DNA of 16,483 nucleotides from Octopus sinensis (GCF_006345805.1 NW_021825160.1:1-16483); one strand, 5' to 3'. Shown: positions 1-10,596, counted from the first letter of the stretch. Notes: generated by a model not told the origin, from the sequence alone. Made by a program: numbers and translations.

Positions 1-22
1 TATATATATATATATATATATG

Positions 23-284
23 TAAATGTAATATGTTACAATTATTCGGTAGCCATGATAAAACTCCGAGTTTCGGATGTCGGGGCGGAAACCCACACCG
101 CCATCTCTTTAGTTATTTTTCCCCGATGGCCGGCTAACTGAAGAGATATTGCTGTATTACGGAATGGTCATGTTTCCAGTTTAGCCAATAAAAACACACG
201 CACTATATATTTGGTGTTAATTTGCTTCCGATTTATTTATTTTTCACATTAATCTTAATCTTATTTCGTCACACTTCGTCACAC
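23..284. mobile_element. Probable Penelope-like element (pseudo-LTR) fragment with inverted hammerhead-like motif
   Basis: Minus strand 112-62 reads CT(A)AAGA-GATGGCGG...CCGC..CATC-CGAAACTCGGAGTT. Inverted partner TAACTGAAGAGAT at 135-147, AATAAA at 187-192. Family assignment is inferred from motifs only. Confidence 0.45.
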
Positions 285-288
285 AAAA

Positions 289-356
289 TGGCGGTGCCCC
301 AGCATGGCCACAGCTCGTGAGCTGAAACTAGATAAAATAAAATAAAAAAATAAAAA

Positions 357-357
<1 letters not shown>
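289..357 (+). mobile_element. SINE (or partner LINE) 3' tail fragment
   Basis: GGCGGTGCCCCAGCATGGCCACAGC...CTGAAAC followed by an (ATAAA)n tail, the same terminal motif as 1026-1065 and 14930-14970 (minus). Confidence 0.7.
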
Positions 358-387
<30 letters not shown>

Positions 388-535
388 TGTATATGATATA
401 TATGTATATATATATGTTGTATATATAATGTATGTGTATATATATGTATATATATATATGTTGTATATATATGTATATATATATATTATATATATATATA
501 TATATCTATATATATATATATATATATATATACAT

Positions 536-567
<32 letters not shown>

Positions 568-652
568 TATACATATATATATATATAATATATATAATTA
601 TATATATGTATATATGTATATATATATATATATATATATAGATATATATATA
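358..652. repeat. (TA)n-rich microsatellite
   Basis: Direct inspection. Confidence 0.97.
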
Positions 653-659
653 TTTTTTA

Positions 660-713
660 TTTTATAGAAGGAGCTTCTACAAGACTAGTCCTGTAGAAGC
701 TCCTTCTATAAAA
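660..713. repeat. 54-bp near-perfect palindrome
   Basis: TTTTATAGAAGGAGCTTCTACA-A-GACT|AGTC-C-TGTAGAAGCTCCTTCTATAAAA, 26 of 27 pairs, no spacer. Confidence 0.95.
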
Positions 714-859
714 ATAATTAATTTACTCTGCTGCTATTAGTGAGTACCTTACTTACTACTGTGGTTAACCCCGACTCAACCCGGGACCTACATATAATAT
801 ATATGCATGCACACATATATGCGTGTGTTGTGTGTGTGTGTGTGTGCGTGTGTTGCGGT

Positions 860-1080
860 GGAGTGTCTTTGTGTATGCGTCTACCGTTGGTGTGTTTACA
901 CCCTCTTAACTTTAGCGGTTCGGCAGAAGCACACCGATAGATTAATTACCAGGTTTTATTCACTAAACGCAACGACAACAACGAGTGGGAGTCGTCAGTA
1001 AGTTTCGACTAAAGAATTCTTCGATGCGGTGCCCCAGCCTGGCCGCAGTCAAACGAGTGAAAGAAACAACATGCAGAATA
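860..1080 (+). mobile_element. Diverged 3' half of the same SINE family
   Basis: GTGTTTACA...TAGCGGTTCGGCAGAAG...CCGATAGA...GCGGTGCCCCAGCCTGGCCGCAGTCAAA matches the reverse complement of 14930-15070. Confidence 0.8.
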
Positions 1081-1394
1081 TATCAACAGTCGATGGTATT
1101 TCTTGATGCTTGCTTAATTGAATTCGAAATAGTAATGACTTTTTTTAAAATTGAATTTCATTTGATTATAAATTTTAATTTTCTCTTTTGCATCCATGTT
1201 TTTTCCCCCCCCCCCCTCACTTCTCTTTTCTTTTTCCCACCGCATTCACTGACGGATCTCGGTTTTAATGGGTTTTTAAATTAATCATGCTCCGTCTCTC
1301 GCGCATTTTTATTGCACTGCGCACGCGCATACGTTAGTGAATGCTCGACGCGTTGACAAAAACCAGATCATGTATTTGGCTAGCGATTCTCCTC

Positions 1395-3115
1395 TGTGTG
1401 TGTGCGTGTATGTGTGTGTGTATGTGTGTGTGTATGTGCGTGTGTGCGTGTATCTGTGTGTGTGTGTATAAGTGTGTGTGTGTGCGTGCGTGTATGTGTG
1501 TGTATAAGTGTGTGTGTGTGTGCGTGTATGTGTGTATCTGTGTGTAGCAGTGTGTGTTCGTATGCCTGTGTATTTGTGAGTGCATTGTGTGTATGTGTGT
1601 GTATGCGTGTGTGTGTAGCTGTGATCGTGTGTGTGCGTATGCCTCTGTATGTGTGAGTGTATATGTGTGTATGTGTGTGTGTGTATGTGTGGCAGTTATC
1701 GTATGTGTTCGTATGCCTGTGTATGTGTGAGTGTATGTGTGTGTATGTGTGTGTGTAGCGGTAATCGTGTGTGCGTATGCCTCTGTATGTGTGTGTATAT
1801 GTGTGTGTGTAGCAGTGATCGTGTGTGTGCATATGCCTGTGTATGTGTGAGCGTATGTGTATGTGTGTAGCTGTGATCGTGTCTGTGTGTATGCTTGTTT
1901 GTGCGTGAGTGTGTGTATATGTGTGTGTGTATGTAGCAGTGATCGTGTGTGTTCGTATGCCTGTGTATGTGTGAGTGTGTGTGTGTATGTGTGTGTAGCG
2001 GTAATCCTGTGTATGCGTATGCCTGTGTATGTGTGAGTGCATGTGTGTGTAGCTGTGATTGTGTCTGTGCGTATGCCTGTGTATGTGTGAGCTTATGTGT
2101 GTTTGTGTGCGTGTAGCGGTGATCGTGTGTATGCGTATGTCCTGTATGTGTGTGTCCGTGTGAGTGTGCGTGTGTGTGTGTGTGTGTATGTTCGAATGTG
2201 TGAATCTATGTCTCTTCATATATGTGTATGTGTGAGCTTATGTGTGTTTGTGTGTGTGTATGCGTATGTCCTGTATGTGTGTGTCCGTGTGAGTGTGCGT
2301 GTGTGTGTGTGTGTATGTTCGAATGTGTGAATCTATGTCTCTTCATATATGTGTACGCGAGCTTTCGCACGTGTGTGTATGTGTGTGTTTGTGTGTGTGT
2401 GTAGCGGTGATTGTGTGCGTTCGTGTATGTGTATGTGTTCGTGCGTGTGTGTATGTGTGCATGTGCCTCTGTGCGTGCGCGTGTTCGTATACCTGGTTGT
2501 GTGTGAGTGCGTTTGCGTGTGTGTGTGTTCATATGCCTGCATGTGTATGTGAGTATTCGTGGACGTGTGTGCGTGTAGCGCTGACAGTGTGTGTTCGTAT
2601 GCCTGTGAATGCGTGTGTTCGTGTGTGTGTGTGTGTATGTGTGTGCATTTGTGTCTGTGTTCATGTGTGTGTATGTGTATAGCGGTGATCATGTGTCTTC
2701 GTATGTCTCTGTATGTGAGTGAGTTCGAGTGTGTGTGTGTGTGTGTATGTAGCGGTGATCGTATGTTCATATGCCTGTGTACGTGTGTATGTGTGTGTGT
2801 GTGTCTGTGTGTGTGTGTGTTCGTGTGTGTGTGTGTTCGTGTGTGTGTGTGTTCGTGTGTGTGTGTGTTCTTGTCTGTTGAGTATAGTGTCTGTGTATAT
2901 GTCCATATGTGTGTGTGTGCTTGTGTGCGTTTTATGAGTATTTGTGTGTGTATATAGGTTCGAGTATGTGTGTGTGTGCGTGTGCGTGTATGTGTTTGTG
3001 TGTGTATAGCCATATGTGTGTGTGTGTTCGTATGCATGTGTTTGTATGTTCTTGTGTACGTATGCGTGTGTAAGTCTCTGTGTATGTGTCTGTGTGTGTG
3101 TAAGTGTGAGCTTGT
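1395..3115. repeat. (GT)n-derived complex minisatellite, about 1.7 kb
   Basis: GT background with a recurring unit GTAGC(G/A/T)GTGATCGTGTGTG(T/C)(T/G)CGTATGCCTGTGTATGTGTGAG at roughly 60-120 bp spacing. Confidence 0.93.
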
Positions 3116-3364
3116 ATAAGTGGGGGGAAATTTCTTAAAGGAAACCATTTCTTTGGACACGAATGTTGCTCTGTTTAATATTTAATTCTCTGAATTCCCA
3201 TCGACCAATCAAATCATTTGCTCCAATTTACAGCCTGTTCGGGAATAACATTTAAAGCAATCTCGGGTTTCTTCTGTTCCTGATCTCACAAACAAGTCTT
3301 TCAGTTTTAATAAAGTAGCAGGCATGCTTCACTTAAATTGCATCCCACTGACTCGTAGTTGCTC

Positions 3365-3403
3365 ATCTATCTATCTATCTATCTATCTATCTATTTATTT
3401 ATC

Positions 3404-3490
<87 letters not shown>
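3365..3490. repeat. (CTAT)n/(GATA)n microsatellite, left boundary of the retrotransposon array
   Basis: Near-perfect ATCT tetramer run. Confidence 0.97.
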
Positions 3491-3491
<1 letters not shown>

Positions 3492-4224
3492 AATATCGTC
3501 ACGCCTCCTTCCTTCAAACGGGAAGGAAGAGCTATTTTTATCATACTTGTGGCTATGGCGAAAGAATGTATCTGGTGGACGCGTCTGAAGGGATTGGGAC
3601 AAACACTTTCCTCTCTGGTCAATCTCTCATCAACTTCTTCAAGTACCACTTGAAAAGGAAAGTGAGAGTAGAGAGGCAAGTTTTGTCAGTGAATGTTTTG
3701 TTTAAAAAAAAGATGGTGAATGTAGCAAGGATGGCACGTATGAATGACGAAGCCACCTTGAGCATAATCCTATGAACCCAGAAATTGAAAGCAGAGGGTT
3801 ACCCACTTGCAAACAAATGTGGTAACATATAACAATATGGACCAAGGTTACCGTGGTCTTTTCGTAGGCTTTTCTTCCCACGAAAACCTTACTTGCTTTC
3901 CCCTTTACACCATACATCATACACTGTGATAACACATCCCTATTGATCGTTTTTTTCCTCTTCCTCTTTTTTCCCCCTTTATTCTTCTTTTATTCATTTC
4001 TCTTTTCTTTTGTTCCTTTTCCTTATTTTCTTTTTTCTTTTTTTCTTTTTTTCTTTATTTTTTGTTCTTTTTTTCCCTTTTACGATCCCTCTTGATCGAA
4101 AACCTACGCCACCTTTTTTATTTGTTTCTTTTGTTTTTTTGTTTTTTTTCATCCCCCAAAAGAAAAGCTCTACCTTGTAATTTGTCCCATCTGTCTGCAG
4201 CCCTGTGTGGCCAATAAAGAAACT
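3491..4224 (+). mobile_element. 5'-truncated copy A of the same Tx1-like family (last about 95 codons of ORF2 plus 3' UTR)
   Basis: Encodes NIVTPPSFKREGRAIFIILVAMAKECIWWTRLKG...FFKYHLKRKVRVER...TLSIIL*, homologous to about 10015-10291 and nearly identical to 11535-11810. Ends GCCCTGTGTGGCCAATAAAGAAACT then (TATC)n. Confidence 0.93.
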
Positions 4225-4239
4225 TATCTATCTATTTTT

Positions 4240-4331
<92 letters not shown>

Positions 4332-4383
4332 CCTACCTACCTACCTACCTATCAATCTATCTATCTATCTATCTATCTATCTG

Positions 4384-4426
<43 letters not shown>

Positions 4427-4431
4427 GTCTG

Positions 4432-4466
<35 letters not shown>

Positions 4467-4467
4467 G

Positions 4468-4524
<57 letters not shown>
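4225..4524. repeat. (CTAT)n microsatellite between copies A and B
   Basis: TATC run with CTAC and CTGT variant units. Confidence 0.97.
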
Positions 4525-4925
4525 TGACGTGTATGTCGTTTCAGCTCCGAAGGTATCATTTATTTTGACTATTTAAAAGTGTATATTGACAAACATTTTG
4601 TGCTTAAAAGTTGTGCAACAACATCCACTGTAAACCTTTGATAAATATCGACACAAAATTTTGCCCCTTGTGGGCAAAATTTAAAAGAAAAAATCCTCAT
4701 AGCCTTCGTGGTTTCATTTAGCCATTTTATTTCCAAAATGGCCACTGGCCCCACGAGGCTGAGTTGCAAGTGAAGCGTGACGCAGAAAACAGAAAAACAG
4801 GATGCTCTGTTAGCATACGCCGAACCTGACAACTCCACCACCACCAACAGCAACAAATACAAAACAAAGGTCGCAAGGCCAAGCACCGTCAACACCATCA
4901 GTGAGTCCCCACCACCACCAACACC

Positions 4926-6855
4926 ATGGCAGAATCTGCTACTAAACTGCTATCCCTACTAAAGATATCGCCACCAAACATAACACATCACCATCACCGC
5001 CACCAAAGACCGTGCCGTCAATGCTACTAATACTACCAACACCACCGCCGTCACCAGAACGACAATAACAACAACAAAACGACGACAACAACAATTCCCT
5101 TCAACCACTGCTCACTCCATCACCAACAAGTGAAAAAATACGACGACAAGCAAACGAAATGTCGAATTTTGCCCTAGTGCAGGACTAAAGTACGCAGGCA
5201 ATTTTCCACCCCTTCCACTAGCACGATCGAACCAAACACACCAATTTTACAAACTGCAGCCAACAACAACATCACCACAAGCAACAACATAACAAACAAC
5301 AACAAATTTCGCGAGGCGATTAAGAAAAAAAAACAACAATATACTTTACGGCTCAACAAATACAGGACACGAACATCAAAATAACAGAATCAGAAGGTAT
5401 AGTACAAATAAACATACCAGAAGATATTTTGGAAAATGAAAAAAGACGAACAATCATTTATAAAATAGTTAACAAAAAACAAAAATCCCAGAGAAGGCCA
5501 ACACAAGCAAAATAGAGAAGTGCTTGAAACCCATCTGGGATCACAAAGAATATGTAACCTGGTGGAACAAATTTGCCCACATACAAGTTGTTTTCTACAC
5601 CGAAGAGTTAGCTAGACATTTCTCAACGCTAACTCTTCACTCAGATGAACTCCAACTTACACCAAGCTATCGGGACAGAAAGTGACTAAGATCACTCTAA
5701 ACAATGTCCCCAAAATAGCCAATAGTCTATGGCTTGTAAAGGCCTTATGCGTAAAAAATGGCGAACTATACTATTTTGGAAACCACAGTCACAGAGCATA
5801 AAAACTGGGTGGGACAAAAATAGAATTTCTTCTACATATACATCATGAGATATAAAAAAAATACCCACCCAGATATGTGTATCAGACGACCACAAGTTAT
5901 ATGTGGTCGTCGATGGCAGAAGACCACGTTGCTACATATGCGGCAGTGAGCAACACCTCAAAAAAGACTGCAAATCTGCCGCAGAAAACAACAGCCAACA
6001 ACAGCAGCCGGAAACAAAAACAAATAAACAAGGTTTACTACCCACACCACTTTTTGCAGGAACAAACCTCACCAAACAAACAACCACACCAACTGCAGCA
6101 CCAAGAACAGAAGCAGCATCACCACAACAACAACCAAGAACATACCAACTCCCAAACCAAGGACATCTGCCAAAAAGACCCCAGCAAAAATGAAGAAACA
6201 ATTACAACTCCAAATCCCCACAAAATTGAGACCCTAAAAACACAACAATACCCACAATCACTCAAACACAAAATACCCAAACCCCACATCCAACCGCATA
6301 CACCACAACCAAACGCTCACCAACCACACCAACACAAACCCACAACAGTCGACAATAGACCCCAATTCTTTCCTCTTCCAGACTCCGATTCGTCTGATCT
6401 GTCATTAGACGAAGAAGACACGGAAGATTGCAAATAGCCACAGGGGGAGAAGAAAAAGGGAAAAAAAAGAAAAGAAAAAATAACAAACAAAGCGGGAAGA
6501 TACACCACTCCCGAAACAAAAACATCCACAAAAACACACATCAACACAAACACACCATCATCAACCCCCCCAAAAATGTTGACAGCCATAAACACAAACA
6601 ACCACGACCTAATGGAACACATTAGGTCAAACACTAACATTACTGAAAACGACATAAAAACAAGTAACCACCCACATACACACCACCACAACACATTAAA
6701 ATAATACACGTGACACAGAACACATACAACACCCTGAAATCTCTTTACCCTTATGCAGTAGGGAGATTTCAAAAGTACTCATCGAAAAAACTGTATAAAG
6801 CCTCATAGAAGAAGACCGTGAGGTGAAAGACAAAGAACTTTCGAAAAACAAGTAA
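4926..6855 (+). pseudogene. Retrotransposon ORF1 (gag-like nucleic-acid-binding protein with CCHC zinc knuckle), frameshifted in this sequence
   Basis: ATG in strong context (ACCATGG) at 4926. Thr/Asn-rich N-terminus, globular segment about 5380-5900, knuckle CYICGSEQHLKKDC (CX2CX4HX4C) at 5930-5971, low-complexity Q/P/T/K-rich C-terminal half, TAA at 6853-6855. Start and end are inferred across several frameshifts. Confidence 0.75.
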
Positions 6856-6896
6856 CCTTTTCTCTCTCTTTTCTCTTTTTTGCACTTTATCGGAAC

Positions 6897-9800
6897 ATGC
6901 TCAGAAAGGTTTATAAATGTACGTGGCTTGGGGTCGCCTTGGAAACAAGGCTACCTGTTAAATGACATCAAGTCACTAAATCTGAATATCATAGCCATCA
7001 GTGAGACCAGACTCCACAGCTTGCGGGCACTCCAGCACATTTTCGGTACACATTTCAACATTTATTTTTCTCCGTGCTCTACCGAGAATGGGCGGAGGTG
7101 GCACCGCGGTGCTTACCGGAAGAGTCCTGGATCTCAAAGTAAGAGCAAATTTCCTAGACCCGGAGGGTAGGCTGGTCGTTTGGATGTCGATGGCAGCAAG
7201 TGTGCTTTTCGACTGATAGCAGTTTATGCTCCGTCCTTAACAGGCCGACCAGATTTCTTTCGACGTCTAGAGTCTTTCATGGGAACGTCTCGTCCTTTAC
7301 TTTTAGTGGGGGATTGGAATGCCACCCGGACACGCATCTAGACTACGTGGGCAGATAGCAATAGAAGGGGATGCAAATGCCTCAAGACCTGCTCAGACGT
7401 TTCCAACTGTCTGACAGGTACCGACTGGACCACCCGAATGTGCCAATGTGGACATGGAGTAACCGCATCGGTCGTCCAGATCATACTTAGACAGAGTATT
7501 CTGTAGGACAATAGATAAAAATAGTGTAGGTTGTCCACAATTTCATATAGTCAGTTACACAGATCACAAGTTTGTGACTTGTACACTTGACTTAGATAAG
7601 ACACATAGGCAGGTCCTGGTTACTGGAAACTGAACGCGTCTTTTACAGCACGACAGGTTTACAGGACCGGATCAGCACATTAGTTAAGAGAGCTTTGACG
7701 GGTACCATCATCAACACAGATGGTGGTATGCCTAAAAAAAGCGATTAAAGCAAATCAGTCAGATACAGTAGAGCCTTAGCATTAGACCGAAATAGAATAG
7801 AGGGAGAATTAGTTAAGGTTTTAGAAGAGGCACTTAGAACTGGCATCGCGTCCAACGTACTGGCGGCGAGATTGGCCCTCGACCCAACACCTCAACGCCA
7901 AACACGAGGATGCGTTGTCAGAGCTAGGATGCGTGCTCTGAGGAACGAAGGGTTGGAGCCGCCCAAGAGGCCCGAGTGGTGGAGACGCAACGAGGCAACA
8001 GAGCCACCATCAAGTCTCTTATAGATGAACAGGGGCGCGAATTGCTCGAGCCTAAAAGATGTGTGGGGTTTTTCAACAACACTTCACCCAACTGTTTGGG
8101 ACAAGTGGTGAGTCAGAAAGCAGAGTGGACTTTAGTGCCTACCTGCATGCCTTGCCACGACTCTCAGCAAGGAGGTGGAGTCTTGTGAAAAGCCTATCAC
8201 AGCTGCGCGGACGTACAGGATGCGATGGTAGGCTGCGCGAGAGACAAGTCACCAGGCTTGGATGGTCTGCCCTACGAATTTTATTTTCCATATGCCAGAC
8301 TTGTTTGGAGGCGTCTTGGCAGCTGTCTACTGCAACTGGCAGCAGAACGGGAGTATTCCTGCTTTTGTAAAGCGAGGAGCAGTGGCACTGATCAAGAAAG
8401 ACCCAAACAAGGGGGACGTCATAGATAATTTCAGGCCCATCACTCTGCTCAACGCAGATTTGAAATTTTGGCCAAGGTGTTAGCCGAGAGGTTGGCGCTT
8501 GTCATCAAGAAACTAATCGACAAGGCGCAAACATGCCGTGCCGGGTAGAAGTATTCATGACACCTCCATCTGATGCGCTACATCATAGACAGGGTAGTTA
8601 AAAATCCTGGCATGGGTGGGGCGCTGATCAATTTGGATCAATCAAAGCCTTCGATAGGGTAGACCATCACTACTTGGAGGCTGTCCTCAAAGCGGCTGGT
8701 TTCGGTCCAGTTTTCCGCGGTTGGATCGCTGCCTTATCAGCGGCATCCGCTCAGTAGTTCGCGTAAATGGTCATCTATCCAGACCTTTTAACATCATGCG
8801 TTCGTTTCGTCAGGATGCCGCCTCTCATCGCTGCTGTATGTACTGACTCTTGAGCCACTACTGCAGAAACTGGCGACGCTGAGGGGCATCCCACGAGAGC
8901 TGGGAGGCGAGGAGCGTGTCTGCATACGCGGATGACGTCACCGTCATAGTGTCGAGCTACGAGCACATCGAGTGGTCGGCGAGACACTGAAAGAATACGA
9001 AGCGGTAACGGGAGCAAAAGTTAACCGGGAAAAGTCATTGGGCTTGCGGCTCGGCACTTGGAGAAGCAAGCCCATGCCGTCCAACAGCGTCTCCATCGTG
9101 GGACGCTGGACGACGGACCGGTTAAATTGCTCGGGTCTGGTTCGGTCCGACCTCCAAATGGAGAAGAACTGGGGCGAGATAACGACTAGGGTGGCTACTC
9201 TCACCCAGAAATGGACTGATAGAGAAGCTATCCCTAAAAGTCGGGCGGAGGTGGCGAACGCGTACATCGCATCCGTCATCGAGTATCGTCTGACCGTCGT
9301 GCCTTGTCCCGACCCTACCATCACCAAACTGGAACGCATACTTCCGCTTCTTGTGGAAGGAACGTTCGATGGTTAGGCGATCCATTTGCTGCCAACACCC
9401 GCTAAATGGAGGGCTGGGCATGCCGTGGTTGATGATGCGCAGACATGCGCTGAGACTGCGACATCTCCGGCGCTTCATAGACAACGTGAACAGGGTGGTC
9501 GCCTTTTGTGCGGCGCGCTTTCCCGCAGCTCGTCTCCTTGGACGAACTACAGTCATGGATCAAGCAGAGACCGAGGCTAGGCGAATGGCACCGCGAGTGT
9601 CGCGTTGCGCTCACAAGCAACTCTGCCGTCCGGATCGAACTTGTGCGACTCCATCACAACAAAGGCATTCTATAGAGGATTAGTGGAGGGGAGGTGCGAC
9701 GACGAACTCGGGCAGAGTCTGGGCGTCGACGAGGAACACCTGACCCGCCTGTTCAGGACAACTTTCGGGCCGGGACCTATGAACAATCACCAAGATCCCT

Positions 9801-10291
9801 GGCCTGGCAGTGCTATCGAGAAGCATTACCTGTTTCGGGATAAGCTCTACAGACACGGTTCCAGACACACTGGACCGACTTGCCCGAGATGCGGTCAGAG
9901 CGACGAAACCGTTCTGCACGCACTCGTGCAATGTCCAACCATTCCGACCTTGGGCTTATGCCGAACGGCTGCTGTCACGTGTGGGACAAATCCGCCTATC
10001 GGCCGAGTCTATCGTCAGAATGCTCCGCCCCCTTCCCTCAACCGGGAAGGCAAGGCAGTTTTCATCGTACTGGTGGCCATGGTGAAAGAATGTGTGTGGT
10101 GGACTCGAGCGAAAGGATTAGAGACAAACCTCCTCTCTGGCCAATCGCTCATCAACTTTTTCAAGTACCACTTGAAAGGAAGGTGAGAATGGAGAGGGAA
10201 GTTTTGTCTCGCGAAAGATTCAAAAAAGATGGGTGAATGTTGCAAAGATGGTGCGTGCTAGTAACGAAACCATTTGAGCATGATCCTGTAG
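6897..10291 (+). pseudogene. Retrotransposon ORF2 (APE-type endonuclease, reverse transcriptase, C-terminal zinc finger), frameshifted in this sequence
   Basis: APE motifs INVRGL (about 6913), IAISET, AVYAP, VGDWNA (7306-7323), YLDRVF, TDH (7559-7567). Linker YWKLN (7621-7635). RT motifs KSPGLDG (about 8246), FRPITLLNAD, LDQS-KAFDRVDH (about 8634-8667), RQG-C, YADD (8925-8936). C-terminal CPRC...H...C (9881-9934). Stop TAG at 10289-10291, matching the stop position in copy A. Confidence 0.92.
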
Positions 10292-10596
10292 ATCGTAAAA
10301 AGAAAGAAAGAGAGCATTTTTGACCTCATGTGTTTATTTCCTCCCTGACTGGGGTTCCCGTGGTCTTTTCTGTAGGCTTTTCTTCCCACGGATGAACCCA
10401 ATCTGTGTATGTTTACAACAAAATTAACACCATCATTCTGTGATACACGACTTGCCTTTTCCTTTTTTTTTTTCCTCCTCCTCGATCCCTTTTGATCGCA
10501 ATCTTACATTTTTATTTTTTCCACCCTCGAAAAGAAAGCTCTGCATTTGTATTTGTCCCCTCTGTATTCAGCCCTGTGTGGCTAATAAAATAAAGT

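Larger units (their letters stand above)
4525..10596 (+). mobile_element. Apparently full-length Tx1/L1-group non-LTR retrotransposon (copy B, about 6.07 kb) inserted in (CTAT)n
   Basis: Layout is 5' UTR, ORF1 with CCHC knuckle, short spacer, ORF2 (APE, RT, CCHC), then 3' UTR with AATAAA at 10584-10589 running straight into (TATC)n. The 5' end abuts (CTAT)n at 4524/4525. Tx1-type signatures include GPGYWKLN, KSPGLDGLPYEFY, GAKVNREKS, GGLGMP and CPRCGQSDETVLHALVQC. Confidence 0.93.

Noticed and set aside
1395-3115. CRISPR-like repeat-spacer pattern
   Set aside because: The intervening sequence is GT repeat rather than unique spacers, the context is eukaryotic and there are no cas genes.
1334-3160. 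Long His/Thr-rich and Cys/Val-rich ORFs (up to 279 aa), likewise at 15408-16223
   Set aside because: Translations of (CA)n/(GT)n repeats, which lack stop codons. No domain or splice evidence.
3120-3364. Non-repetitive segment as a possible host exon
   Set aside because: Only short open frames with no recognisable protein or convincing splice pair. It cannot be excluded without RNA data.
8775-10245. Minus-strand ORFs opposite ORF2
   Set aside because: Antisense shadows of GC-rich coding sequence with no recognisable motifs.
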